A DNA stretch of 63,551 nucleotides from an uncultured Bacilli bacterium (lineage in GTDB: Bacteria; Bacillota_I; Bacilli_A; RF39; UBA660), in NCBI GenBank assembly GCA_944332715.1, contig CALVKN010000002.1, positions 1 through 63,551 on the forward strand, in the 5' to 3' direction. The translations under genes were made by a program, and so were the position numbers. This document shows positions 8,977 through 19,067 of this stretch, piece after piece. The notes beneath the pieces were generated by a model that ran no database searches, was not told where the DNA came from, and saw nothing but the letters and a program-made list of their open reading frames with translations. Position 1 is the stretch's first letter, and each line of letters starts with the position of its first letter.

Positions 8977-9318
8977 ATGGCTAATCTTGTAGATAAGATT
9001 AATGAAAAACACATTCGTAAAGATGTTCCTGAATTTAGAGTAGGGGATACTGTTAAAGTTGATGTTTGGGTTAAAGAAGGTAAAAAGGAAAGAATTCAAT
9101 CATTCGAAGGTTTAGTAATTGCTAAACGTGGTGGTGGAGTTTCTGAAACATTTACAGTTCGTAAAAAGAGTGGCACTGTTGGAGTATCTCGTATATTCCC
9201 AGTTAATGCCCCAACAATTGATTCTATAACAGTTGTTAAAAAAGGTAAAGTTAGAAGAGCAAAACTTAACTTTATCAAAGGAATGCGTAAAGAATACAAA
9301 GTTAAGGAAAGAAATTAA
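8977..9318 (+). CDS. rplS: 50S ribosomal protein L19
   Basis: 113 aa. EFRVGDTVKVDVWVKEG.KERIQSFEGLVIAKRGGG..ETFTVRK signature. RBS AAGGAGG. Confidence 0.97.
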   Translation: MANLVDKINEKHIRKDVPEFRVGDTVKVDVWVKEGKKERIQSFEGLVIAKRGGGVSETFTVRKKSGTVGVSRIFPVNAPTIDSITVVKKGKVRRAKLNFIKGMRKEYKVKERN

Positions 9319-9363
9319 ATCTTTCCTTTTCTTTTTGCATAAAATAGTGTAAAATTAATTAAG

Positions 9364-9864
9364 GTGATCATCGTGGAAAAAGTAAAAAAAATTATCTGGG
9401 AACTAATTCCTTATGTTTTAATCATTATAATTATTATAATAATTCGTACCTATATTATTACTCCCGTTAGAGTTGATGGTGCAAGTATGAATAGAACCTT
9501 AGAAGATGGTGATATCCTACTTTTATATAAGATGGCCAAAATTGACAGATATGACATTGTAGTATTAGATGAAGAATATGATAATGAAATAATTATTAAA
9601 AGAATAATTGGTTTACCTGGTGAAACAATTGAAATAAAAAATAACAAAATATATATAAATGATGAAGAAGTAGAAGATGAATATGCTTATGGAGATACCG
9701 GAGATTATGAAAAAATAACTCTAGCTGATGATGAATATTTTATACTTGGGGACAATCGCCTTATTAGTAAAGACTCAAGATATTTTGGCCCTATCAAAGA
9801 AAGTGACTTAATGGGAGAAGTCGTATTTAGAATTTGGCCATTCAGTGGATTCGGTAGTGTGTAG
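9364..9864 (+). CDS. lepB: Signal peptidase I (P-type, LepB/SipS-like), copy 1
   Basis: TM anchor. Catalytic Ser box DGASMNRTL, Lys box IKRIIGLPGETIEI, GDNRLISKDSRYFG box. Start could be GTG 9364 or GTG 9373. Confidence 0.9.
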   Translation: MIIVEKVKKIIWELIPYVLIIIIIIIIRTYIITPVRVDGASMNRTLEDGDILLLYKMAKIDRYDIVVLDEEYDNEIIIKRIIGLPGETIEIKNNKIYINDEEVEDEYAYGDTGDYEKITLADDEYFILGDNRLISKDSRYFGPIKESDLMGEVVFRIWPFSGFGSV

Positions 9865-9873
9865 GAGGTTTAT

Positions 9874-10455
9874 ATGAAAGTCCCTTTAAGATTTCAAATT
9901 ACAGAATATGATTGTGCAACAACTACTTTGCAAAATGCAATAAGTTTTTTATTTAAACGTGAAGAAATTCCTGCTGAAATAGTTCGAACTATTTCTCTTT
10001 ATACTTTGGATTGTTATGATAACGAAGGAGATATTGGTGAAGGCGGAACTAGTAAAGCTGCAATGGCTTTGATGTCTTCTTGGATAAAAAATTATGCTAA
10101 TAGTCATGATTTTGCCTTAAAATCAGAACATTACTTAAATGAAGATGTAAATATCGATATTATAACCAAATGTCTTAAGAAAAATGGTTGCGTAGTTTTA
10201 AGAACTTATCAAAAATGTGAACATTATTGCTTAATAACAGAAATTGATAATGACTTTGTATATTTATGGGATCCATATTATATTGAGGAAAAATATTATG
10301 ACACTGATAAATTAATTGAAGTGGTTTTTGATGAACCATTTAAATTTAATCGAAAAGTTGCAATGTCACGTTTTTTATCTTCGACCCATAATGACTTTGC
10401 TTTGGGACCAATTAAAAATAGAGAATGTTTATGTTTATATACTAAGGAGAGGTAA
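9874..10455 (+). CDS. Papain-like (C39-like) cysteine peptidase-fold protein, stand-alone
   Basis: 193 aa. Q-x5-C arrangement (QITEYDCATTTLQNAISFL), downstream His (CEHYCLI) and Asp (LWDPYY) in the order expected for C39-type peptidases. No signal peptide or TM. Confidence 0.45.
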   Translation: MKVPLRFQITEYDCATTTLQNAISFLFKREEIPAEIVRTISLYTLDCYDNEGDIGEGGTSKAAMALMSSWIKNYANSHDFALKSEHYLNEDVNIDIITKCLKKNGCVVLRTYQKCEHYCLITEIDNDFVYLWDPYYIEEKYYDTDKLIEVVFDEPFKFNRKVAMSRFLSSTHNDFALGPIKNRECLCLYTKER

Positions 10456-10457
10456 TT

Positions 10458-11054
10458 ATGGCAAAATTAACTTTGTATTATGGAACAATGGAAACAGGAA
10501 AAACTACTAAGTTAATCCAAGATCATTACAATTATTCAAAATACTTACTTAAAGTAATATTGTTAAAACCTAAAGTTGATACTAAAGGGGGGAGTACTGT
10601 TGTAACTAGAATTGGGGAAAATATAAAATGTGATTTGCTTATACCTAAAACTGCTAATTTATTAAGCAAAAAATATTTTGATAAATATAAATATATGCAA
10701 TTTATATTGGTAGATGAAGCCCAGTTTTTAACTAAAAGACAAGTAAATGAATTGTGGTTTATTGCTCACAAATATAATATTAATGTCGTTTGTTATTCTC
10801 TAAAAAGTAATTTTAAAGGTGATTTATTTGAAGGTAGCAGTCAACTTCTTGCTAGAAGTGATGAAAAACATGAACTAACTGTTAATTGTTCTTGTGGTAA
10901 AACCGCTATGTTTAACGCGAGAAGAGTTAATGGCAAATATATCTATGATGGTAAAGAAGTAGTAATTGATGGTGCTTATGAAAATGTAGAATATATTCCA
11001 TTATGTAGTGATTGTTATCTTAGTTTCGTTTTAAATGGCAAAATGCCTAAATAG
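10458..11054 (+). CDS. tdk: Thymidine kinase
   Basis: P-loop YGTMETGKTTKL, VDEAQF, C-terminal Cys pairs (CSCG...CSDC). Confidence 0.93.
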   Translation: MAKLTLYYGTMETGKTTKLIQDHYNYSKYLLKVILLKPKVDTKGGSTVVTRIGENIKCDLLIPKTANLLSKKYFDKYKYMQFILVDEAQFLTKRQVNELWFIAHKYNINVVCYSLKSNFKGDLFEGSSQLLARSDEKHELTVNCSCGKTAMFNARRVNGKYIYDGKEVVIDGAYENVEYIPLCSDCYLSFVLNGKMPK

Positions 11055-11086
11055 ATGTTATAATATGAAAAAGAAAGAGGGATATT

Positions 11087-12460
11087 ATGAAAGTAACTAT
11101 GGAAGAATTAGTAAATTATGCTAAACAATATGGTCTTATATTTCAAGGAAGTGAAATATACAATGGCCTATCTAACACTTGGGATTACGGTCCAGTTGGT
11201 ACTAATTTAAAAGAAAATATAAGGTGGGCTTGGAAGAAAAAATTTATTCAAGAAAATCCTTATAATGTGGGGCTAGATGCGGCGATTTTAATGAATCCTC
11301 AAGTTTGGGTAGCATCAGGTCATGTTGCATCATTTGCTGACCCCCTAATTGATTGTAAGAAATGTAAGAGTAGACATCGCGCTGATAAATTAATCGAAGA
11401 TGCTACAAAAGGTGAAGTAACTGGTGATGGTTGGGATAACGAAAAACTAGAAAGTTATATTGCTGAAAATAAAATAAAATGTCCAGTCTGCGGAGCAACT
11501 GATTTTACACCAATTCGTAAATTCAATTTATTGTTTGAAACATCTATCGGGGTAACTGATGACACTAAAAATACTGTATATTTGCGGGGAGAAACTGCTC
11601 AAGGTATTTTTGTAAACTTCAAAAATGTTGAAAGAAGTATGCGCCTTAAAGTACCATTTGGTATTGCTCAAACAGGTAAGGCATTCCGAAATGAAATAAC
11701 TCCAGGTAACTTTATCTTTAGAACTAGGGAATTTGAACAAATGGAACTTGAATTTTTCTGCAAACCTAATACTGATTTAGAATGGTTTGGTTATTGGAAA
11801 AATTTCTGCATGGATTTTTTAAAAACACTTGGAATAAACAAAGAAAATCTAAGATTTAGAGATCACGCCAAAGAAGAATTATCATTCTACAGTAAAGCAA
11901 CTACCGATATTGAATATTTATTTCCAATGGGTTGGGGAGAACTTTGGGGTATCGCTGATCGAACTGATTATGACTTAGGTGTTCATCAAACTCATAGTGG
12001 GGCAGATCTTCGTTATTTAGATCCTGAAACAAATGAAAAGTATTTACCATTTGTTATTGAACCATCAGTAGGTCTAGATAGATTATTCTTAAGCATACTA
12101 ACTGATGCCTACACTAAAGAAAATATTGATGGTGAAGAAAGAATTGTGTTAAAAGTACATCCCGCACTTGCTCCATTTAAAGTAACTATACTTCCTTTGA
12201 TAAAAAAAGTTCACGCTGATAAAGCCAATGATATATACGCTTTACTTTGCAAACATTTTGCTTGTACTTACGATGAATCTGGATCAATCGGAAAACGTTA
12301 TAGAAGAAGTGATGCAATTGGAACACCTTTTGCTATAACTATTGATGATAATACTTTAGAAAATGATACAGTAACTCTAAGAGATAGAGATACAATGGAA
12401 CAAATAACATTAAAAATTGATGAATTAGTAGATTACATAAATAAAAAAATAGAACTTTAA
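11087..12460 (+). CDS. glyQS: Glycine--tRNA ligase (alpha2 type)
   Basis: 457 aa. Class II motifs incl. [31 protein letters not shown]-terminal anticodon-binding domain. Confidence 0.96.
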   Translation: MKVTMEELVNYAKQYGLIFQGSEIYNGLSNTWDYGPVGTNLKENIRWAWKKKFIQENPYNVGLDAAILMNPQVWVASGHVASFADPLIDCKKCKSRHRADKLIEDATKGEVTGDGWDNEKLESYIAENKIKCPVCGATDFTPIRKFNLLFETSIGVTDDTKNTVYLRGETAQGIFVNFKNVERSMRLKVPFGIAQTGKAFRNEITPGNFIFRTREFEQMELEFFCKPNTDLEWFGYWKNFCMDFLKTLGINKENLRFRDHAKEELSFYSKATTDIEYLFPMGWGELWGIADRTDYDLGVHQTHSGADLRYLDPETNEKYLPFVIEPSVGLDRLFLSILTDAYTKENIDGEERIVLKVHPALAPFKVTILPLIKKVHADKANDIYALLCKHFACTYDESGSIGKRYRRSDAIGTPFAITIDDNTLENDTVTLRDRDTMEQITLKIDELVDYINKKIEL

Positions 12461-12520
12461 GTATTGCTAAAAATATAAAAGTTTGATAAAATGAGATAGT
12501 AGACTAGGGAGGAATCACGA

Positions 12521-12934
12521 ATGGCTTTTAACCTAAAAAATATTTTTAAAGATGATGGCGATGAAGATAATTTAATTGGAACTGAAGATGAATATTATAC
12601 AATGAGTGAAGAAGAAGCCATAAAAGAAGCTGATAAATCAGGAAATAAAATGATTTTGCTTGAACCACGGGCTTATTCTGAATCACAACAAATAGCCGAT
12701 CACTTAAAAAATCGCAATAGTGTTGTAGTTAATTTAAAAAGAGTAACTTCTGATCAAGCTAAAAGAATCATCGACTTTTTAAGCGGTGTTATCTATGCCA
12801 TCGGGGGTTCTATGCAAAAAATTGGTGTAGGAATTTATCTTTGCACTCCAAAAAATGTTAATGTTCAAGGCAAAATAAGCGATGAATCAGAAAAAGTAAG
12901 TAAAAATAATACCGATGAAGAATTAGATTGGTAG
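12521..12934 (+). CDS. sepF: Cell division protein SepF
   Basis: LEPRAYSESQQIADHLKNRNSVVVNLKRV..AKRIIDFLSGVIYAIGGSMQKIG..IYLCTP matches the SepF core. Confidence 0.9.
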   Translation: MAFNLKNIFKDDGDEDNLIGTEDEYYTMSEEEAIKEADKSGNKMILLEPRAYSESQQIADHLKNRNSVVVNLKRVTSDQAKRIIDFLSGVIYAIGGSMQKIGVGIYLCTPKNVNVQGKISDESEKVSKNNTDEELDW

Positions 12935-12949
12935 TAAAGAGGTGGCCTT

Positions 12950-13381
12950 ATGGTAAATAAGTTCAGTACAAGTATTCAAGGCTATAAAAAAGAAGAAGTT
13001 AATGATTTTGTTAAAGAGGTAACTAAAGAATATGAAAATATGTTACAAAAACTTAAAAATAGTTGTGAGGTAATTGAGTCTTTAAGGAGTGAATTAAAAC
13101 ATTATAAAGATATTGAAGCAACTCTAAATCGTGCTATTTTAGTAGCAGAAGAATCAACTTCCAATATAAAAAAGGCCGCATACGATGAATCGAAAGTTAT
13201 TGTGGAAGATGCTAAACGAAATGCAACAAAAGTAATAAATAATGCCTTAATTAAAGCTGAAAGAATTGAAGCAGAAGCTGAATCTTTAAGAAGAAAAGTA
13301 TTGGTTTATAAAAGAAGATTTAAAGAACTTGTTGAAGACCAGTTAGATGAAATAGAACAATTTGATGATAGAATTTCATAA
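12950..13381 (+). CDS. DivIVA-domain protein
   Basis: N-terminal F..S.QGYKKEEVNDFV DivIVA motif followed by coiled coil. Located next to sepF. Confidence 0.8.
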   Translation: MVNKFSTSIQGYKKEEVNDFVKEVTKEYENMLQKLKNSCEVIESLRSELKHYKDIEATLNRAILVAEESTSNIKKAAYDESKVIVEDAKRNATKVINNALIKAERIEAEAESLRRKVLVYKRRFKELVEDQLDEIEQFDDRIS

Positions 13382-13407
13382 GATAGATTATAGTCTATCT
13401 TTTTTTT
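13381..13407 (+). terminator. Intrinsic terminator
   Basis: agataga-n6-tctatct hairpin followed by TTTTTTT. Confidence 0.7.
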
Positions 13408-13457
13408 GGGGTTGTTATTTCTTTTAAAAAATGTTATATTTTATAAGAGGATAGAAA

Positions 13458-15419
13458 ATGAAAAAAGGTTTTACATTAACAGAATTAATTGCAGTAATTG
13501 CCATATTATCATTACTTGTAGTATTATCTATTGGTATGTTTCTAAGTTTTAGAAGCGCTGCTTTAGAAAGTCAATATAGTAATATAATTATAGATATTGA
13601 AAATAAGGCAAAAAATTATGCTAGAGATATTGATACAACTGATGTTTTATATATTAATGTTGATTTTTTAATTGAAAAAGGTTATATTCAAGGTGATGAA
13701 GGTAACTTGCTATATGATCCTAGAGATAATTCTATTTTAAATTGTTACATGATTCATGTATATTTAGAACATGGCGAATATATAGCTGAATTTTTGGAAG
13801 ATGAAAACCTTATTAATGAAGACAATACTTGTGATACCAAAGATTTTGTAACAGGGGAAATGGATGTATTATGTAATGGTGAAAAATGTAGTGATGAATG
13901 GGTAAATCATGATATTACATTAACTTTATCAGGAGATGAAGAAAAGATATTAAATAGTACAGTTGAATGGACTAGCCTGCTAGGTACCTATGCTGTTCAA
14001 AATCCTGGAGAAGAAAAAACTATTACTATCTCACCAGAAACTGTATTAGACACAACATTCAATATAACTGTAACTTTAGATGACCAAAAATATCACTTTA
14101 GTAAAAATATAAAAATTGATAAAGAAAGCCCCTCATACATAAGTGGTAATTTAATGATTAATTATAATGGGGATGAACAAAGACTCGCAATAGATAATAG
14201 TGATTTAAGTGGTTCAGGAATAGTGGGAATAGCCTTAACTAAAGGTGATTGTGATGGTGTTACTTATAGTAGTGATGATATTATAATTAATTCTTCTGGC
14301 AAATTTAACTTATGTATGATTGATAAGGCCGGTAATGTTTCATCAAATGAAATTGAAATTAATAAAGTTATATTTAACTACAATGATACATCTAACCCTA
14401 ATCCTCAAAGTAAAGATGTTTATTATTTAACTGATAGTGAAAGTCAACCGCTATTATATCCAAGTAGAAATGGTTATACTTTTGAATATTGGGAAGATTC
14501 CTCTGGAGAACGTGTTTATTCATTTGATGAATTAGAAGATGGCGAAGTAATAAATGGTAAATGGCAAATAAATGATATTGAAGTTCCTGTTGATAAAATT
14601 GATACTGCCTCAGTTGGGGTAACTATTCAAAATAGAATAAATATGATGATTTTATTAGATACTTCTGGCAGCATGAAGCGTGGAAATAAAACACAGCAAC
14701 TTATATCAGCTGTTCAAAATACAATAAATTCTATGAGTTTTGATAATGGTTCAACGATAACAATACTTCAATTTACTCATGTTATTAAAACATATTTGCT
14801 TCCAACATCCAATAAACAATCAGCCCTAAGTTTTATAAATACATATAACCCTGAATGGGGCCATGATGAAAACTTTGCTTTAGCCTTAAATTGGAGTTAT
14901 AACATAATTAATACCTATAATTTTGAAAAAGAAAAAACATATATAATCTTTTTTACGGATGGGGAAGATGTAGCAAGTACACCAGCAGAAAGAAGGGCAG
15001 CATATCAACAAATTAGAAATCATGTTGCTGAGATTTATGCTGTTGGTTTGGATTTAACTTCAAGTGGTAGAGATAAATTATTAGATGTTATTTCTTCAAC
15101 TGATAATTATTTTGATGCATCTTCTGCGCAATCTAACCTTGAAGATATATTTTGGCAAATTCAAGAAGAAATAAGAGAAGAAGTAACCATTAATTCTGTT
15201 AAAGGTCTAATAGAACTACCAAGCCTTTATGTATCAAGTGAATACCCTTTCCTTATAAATATAGGTAATTCTGAATATACATTTACATCAATTGCTCAAA
15301 TAAATGATATGTTAACCATACAAAATGGCACTTATTATTTAGATTTAGCTAAAGTTGACACTAAATATAAACTAAATGGTGATTTATCTACCTTTAACTT
15401 TACATATTATTATCATTAA
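13458..15419 (+). CDS. Prepilin-leader (type IV pilin-like) protein with Ig-like, Listeria-Bacteroides-repeat-like and vWA domains, copy A
   Basis: MKKGFTLTELIAVIAILSLL class III signal (G|FTLxE). GYTFEYWEDSSGERVY repeat motif. MIDAS-type LLDTSGSM, later FFTDGED. Confidence 0.85.
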   Translation: MKKGFTLTELIAVIAILSLLVVLSIGMFLSFRSAALESQYSNIIIDIENKAKNYARDIDTTDVLYINVDFLIEKGYIQGDEGNLLYDPRDNSILNCYMIHVYLEHGEYIAEFLEDENLINEDNTCDTKDFVTGEMDVLCNGEKCSDEWVNHDITLTLSGDEEKILNSTVEWTSLLGTYAVQNPGEEKTITISPETVLDTTFNITVTLDDQKYHFSKNIKIDKESPSYISGNLMINYNGDEQRLAIDNSDLSGSGIVGIALTKGDCDGVTYSSDDIIINSSGKFNLCMIDKAGNVSSNEIEINKVIFNYNDTSNPNPQSKDVYYLTDSESQPLLYPSRNGYTFEYWEDSSGERVYSFDELEDGEVINGKWQINDIEVPVDKIDTASVGVTIQNRINMMILLDTSGSMKRGNKTQQLISAVQNTINSMSFDNGSTITILQFTHVIKTYLLPTSNKQSALSFINTYNPEWGHDENFALALNWSYNIINTYNFEKEKTYIIFFTDGEDVASTPAERRAAYQQIRNHVAEIYAVGLDLTSSGRDKLLDVISSTDNYFDASSAQSNLEDIFWQIQEEIREEVTINSVKGLIELPSLYVSSEYPFLINIGNSEYTFTSIAQINDMLTIQNGTYYLDLAKVDTKYKLNGDLSTFNFTYYYH

Positions 15420-15469
15420 TAAATTGCTATATTAATAAAAATATGGTATATTTTATAAGAGGTTAGCAT

Positions 15470-17413
15470 ATGAAAAAAGGATTTACATTAACTGAACTTA
15501 TTGCAGTTATAGCAATATTGTCATTATTAATTTTACTTGCAACTGGAATATTTATAAATATGCAACGAGTTGCTTTAGAAGGGCAATACAGTAATGTTTT
15601 AATAGATATTGAAAATAAGGCTGAGGAATATGCTAGAGATATTAGTACAACAGATGTTTTATATATAAATGTGGATTTTCTAATAAAAAACGGCTATATT
15701 CAAGGTGATGAAGGTAATTTATTATATGATCCTAGAGATAATTCTGTTATGAATTGTTATATGATTCATATAGTTTTAAAAGATGGCGTATATGAAGCCA
15801 ATCTTTTAGAAGATGAAAACTTAATGAATGAAGATGGAACTTGTGATGTAACCCATATTGAAACTGGGGCTGTTGGCTTACTTTGTAATGATACAAATTG
15901 CAGTAGTGGATGGTATGACCGAGATATAACTCTTAGTATTAAAGGTCTATCTGAAGAAGATATATTAAATAGTAAAGTTGAATGGACTAGCCTACTAGGT
16001 ACCTATGTTGTTCAAAACAAAGGAGAAGAAAAAGTGCTTGAAGTAAGTCCTAACACTGTATTAAATACGACTTATAATGTAACAATTACTACCCCGGAAG
16101 AAACATACCATGTCACGCAAAATATTCTCATTGATAAAGAAAATCCAATAATAGTTTCAGCAGAATTGCCAGTATCCTATACGGGAACTCAATATTTAGA
16201 GATTGATGCTAATGATGTTGGTGGTTCAGGAATTTTTGGTTATGCCATTACTGATAAAGATTGCGAAATTTTAATAGATTCGGACTTTTCTAGCACTAAT
16301 GTTTCTGTTAATCAAAGTGGAACACTTTATGTATGTGCTAAAGATAATGCTGGTAATATTGGTTCGTATGAATTAAATGTAGCAGAAGTTACATTTGATT
16401 ATAATAATACATCTAGTAATACAAATACTGAAATACCTGTTTATTATCTTGAACAAAATACCAATTATCCATTATTAGAACCAACTAGAAATGGTTATAC
16501 ATTTAATTCTTGGGTTGATGAAAACGGTGATAGAGTATATGGCTTTGAAAATTTAGAAAATGGCGATAGAATAGAAGCAACGTGGGACATTATCGATGTA
16601 GATATACCTGCTGATAAAATTGATAAAGATACTGTTGGAGTGACAATTGAAAATAAGATTAATATGATTTTGGTTCTAGATGTTTCAGGAAGCATGAGTG
16701 GTAGTGATTTATCAAATTTAAAAGAAGTTTCTAACAACCTTATAAATAGTATGTCTTTCCAAGTAGGATCAACTATTTCAATAATAGAGTTTGAATCTAG
16801 TGCTAGCATTTTGCTTGAAAATAGAACTAGTGCAAGTGAAGCTACAAGAACAATTAATGGACTAAGAGCTAGTGGTGGAACAGACTTTGTCAACGCTTTA
16901 AGCAAGACTCAAACAATTCTTAATAGAAATAATTTTAATAAAGAAGAAACATTTGTAATTTTTGTTAGTGATGGTGTTGATAGTGATTATAGTGGACAGT
17001 ACGCATCAACTGTAAGATCAATGGTTAATACTGTTTATGCCATTGGTATAGGAAGTGGAGCAAATGCCACAAAATTAAGAATGATTGCATCAAGTGGTGG
17101 CTATTTTAACTCTAGTTCTGGTTTAGAAAGCTTAAGCCAAATATTTACCAAAATCCAAGAGGAAATAAGAGAAGAGGTAACCATAAGAAGTGTTGAAGGC
17201 TTAATAGAACTTCCAAACCTTTATGTAACAACGGATTATCCATTTATTTTGAATGTTGGTACTGGCGATTTAGAATTTCCATCAATCAGTAGCATTTCAG
17301 ATATTTTAACAGTTGTAAATGGAACCTATTATCTAGACCTAACAAAGGTTGATAATAAATACAAACTAGATGGTAATTTTAGTAATTTCTCATTTACATA
17401 TTACTATAGTTAG
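15470..17413 (+). CDS. Prepilin-leader protein with vWA domain, copy B (tandem paralogue)
   Basis: Same architecture as copy A. MKKGFTLTELIAVIAILSLL, GYTFNSWVDENGDRVY, VLDVSGSMSG, FVSDGVD. The upstream 30 nt including the RBS is also duplicated. Confidence 0.85.
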   Translation: MKKGFTLTELIAVIAILSLLILLATGIFINMQRVALEGQYSNVLIDIENKAEEYARDISTTDVLYINVDFLIKNGYIQGDEGNLLYDPRDNSVMNCYMIHIVLKDGVYEANLLEDENLMNEDGTCDVTHIETGAVGLLCNDTNCSSGWYDRDITLSIKGLSEEDILNSKVEWTSLLGTYVVQNKGEEKVLEVSPNTVLNTTYNVTITTPEETYHVTQNILIDKENPIIVSAELPVSYTGTQYLEIDANDVGGSGIFGYAITDKDCEILIDSDFSSTNVSVNQSGTLYVCAKDNAGNIGSYELNVAEVTFDYNNTSSNTNTEIPVYYLEQNTNYPLLEPTRNGYTFNSWVDENGDRVYGFENLENGDRIEATWDIIDVDIPADKIDKDTVGVTIENKINMILVLDVSGSMSGSDLSNLKEVSNNLINSMSFQVGSTISIIEFESSASILLENRTSASEATRTINGLRASGGTDFVNALSKTQTILNRNNFNKEETFVIFVSDGVDSDYSGQYASTVRSMVNTVYAIGIGSGANATKLRMIASSGGYFNSSSGLESLSQIFTKIQEEIREEVTIRSVEGLIELPNLYVTTDYPFILNVGTGDLEFPSISSISDILTVVNGTYYLDLTKVDNKYKLDGNFSNFSFTYYYS

Positions 17414-17423
17414 GGAGGAATAA

Positions 17424-18266
17424 ATGAAATCTATTAATAAAAAAATCATCATATTTATATTAATTACAATAGTTTTAATAATTACTATTATATTTGTCTT
17501 ATTGCATCGTAATACTAAAACTCCCGAAAGTATTGTATATATCGATGGCGTAGCCTTTACGCTTAACGATATAAAAGATAAATTTCTAGAAAGTTCCTAT
17601 GCTGAAAACAATAACTGTTGGGGGACAGTTGCTGAGCAAACTCTTTCTCTAACATGCAATGGTGATACTTACGAATTTATATTTAATGACTATGAATTAG
17701 AACTTGACTCGAACCTTACCGCTAGCACCGAACTTTTCAAATATCTAGTTAATGCTATTCAAGAGTTGCACGGTTATGAAAAAGATGAATATTTAGTAAC
17801 ATTAGATAAATTTTTAACTGGAAAAACAGCTATAACAGGCTTAGAATATACAAATACTGACGATAATATGCATTATTCAGTTTATGTATTAGAACCATTA
17901 GATAAATATATGGTTGATGAAGTAATTACAAACGAAACCATAAAAAACATAATTGAAGAAAGCAACTATGAATTTCAAAGTCTAGGGTACACTATTAATA
18001 ATATAGAATTAACAAAAGATGCTGAAGAATATCTAGTAATCTTTTCTGGTATCATCGGAGGACAAGATTCATATAATGTAATTTTTAATATAAATTATTA
18101 CGATGATGAAAATAATCTAGTGATTACAGAAAGTATGGATTTAAGCACTCATGATCCATACGGCAATCCCTATTTAGGTTTTGTTGTAACTGCTAGATTA
18201 GAAGATCAAGATACCTTCGATCGTATAACCAAATATAGTATAAGTTTATCAGAAGTTGGTGAATAA
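17424..18266 (+). CDS. Hypothetical membrane-anchored protein
   Basis: 280-aa ORF with a single N-terminal TM helix, RBS GGGAGG, 10-nt gap after pilin-vWA copy B. No recognisable motif. Confidence 0.6.
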   Translation: MKSINKKIIIFILITIVLIITIIFVLLHRNTKTPESIVYIDGVAFTLNDIKDKFLESSYAENNNCWGTVAEQTLSLTCNGDTYEFIFNDYELELDSNLTASTELFKYLVNAIQELHGYEKDEYLVTLDKFLTGKTAITGLEYTNTDDNMHYSVYVLEPLDKYMVDEVITNETIKNIIEESNYEFQSLGYTINNIELTKDAEEYLVIFSGIIGGQDSYNVIFNINYYDDENNLVITESMDLSTHDPYGNPYLGFVVTARLEDQDTFDRITKYSISLSEVGE

Positions 18267-18267
18267 T

Positions 18268-19056
18268 ATGAAAAAAAGAATAATTAGTGCAATTGTAGCT
18301 GCCATAATTGCTATTCCTTTAATTTATCTTGGTGGTTTTTTCTTTGCGGCATTTGCTTGCGTTTTGGCGGTATTAGCCTATAAAGAAATAATTGATTTAA
18401 AAGAATCACACAAAGAAATACCAATAATAATGATTTTTTTAGGTTTTTTATCCATGATAATATTAGTGTTATCTAATAATGTAGATGCATCAATTTATAA
18501 AGGACTAACTTACCAAACAATTACCTTTATTTTATTATTTTTACTTGTACCTACTATTTTTTATAGTAAGGATAAATATTCTACACGAGATGCATTTTAT
18601 TTAATAGGTATTGTACTATTACTTGGTATAGTATTTAATACATTCGTCGTTATAAGAAATAGAAGCCTTGCTTTATTCTTATATTTACTAATTGTACCTA
18701 TGGTTACAGATGTATTTGCAATGCTGGGAGGTAAATTTTTCGGTAAAAAGAAAATGTGTCCGAAATTAAGTCCTCATAAAACCCGGGAAGGTTCACTTTG
18801 TGGTTTAATCGGAGGTTCTCTTGTAGGTATTATCTTTTATTCTGTTTTTGCAGGAAACTTCTCATTTTATCTAATTATTATGACACTTGTTTTATCAATT
18901 GTAGGTCAAATGGGAGATTTAGTTATGAGCAAAATAAAAAGAGAAAATAGTATTAAAGATTTTTCTAATATAATGCCAGGACATGGGGGAATACTTGATA
19001 GACTTGATAGTGTCATATTTGTCTTTTTAACATATATGCTTTTACTAGTTATTTAA
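18268..19056 (+). CDS. cdsA: Phosphatidate cytidylyltransferase
   Basis: Multi-TM. Signature SKIKRENSIKDFSNIMPGHGGILDRLDS. ATG 18268 chosen (the track start overlaps the previous gene). Confidence 0.93.
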   Translation: MKKRIISAIVAAIIAIPLIYLGGFFFAAFACVLAVLAYKEIIDLKESHKEIPIIMIFLGFLSMIILVLSNNVDASIYKGLTYQTITFILLFLLVPTIFYSKDKYSTRDAFYLIGIVLLLGIVFNTFVVIRNRSLALFLYLLIVPMVTDVFAMLGGKFFGKKKMCPKLSPHKTREGSLCGLIGGSLVGIIFYSVFAGNFSFYLIIMTLVLSIVGQMGDLVMSKIKRENSIKDFSNIMPGHGGILDRLDSVIFVFLTYMLLLVI

Positions 19057-19067
19057 GGAGGGTTAAT

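Noticed and set aside
9364-9864. Either signal peptidase gene (9364-9864 or 53436-53963) as the SipW-type enzyme for the TasA-like signals
   Set aside because: Both have the bacterial P-type boxes (SM..., KR(I/V)IGLPG, GDNR..S.DSR) rather than the ER/archaeal-type SipW pattern. I therefore make no claim of a cognate peptidase in this window.
11055-11086. T-box leader upstream of glyQS
   Set aside because: Only 32 nt separate tdk from glyQS, far too short for a T-box. glyQS appears to be co-transcribed with tdk.
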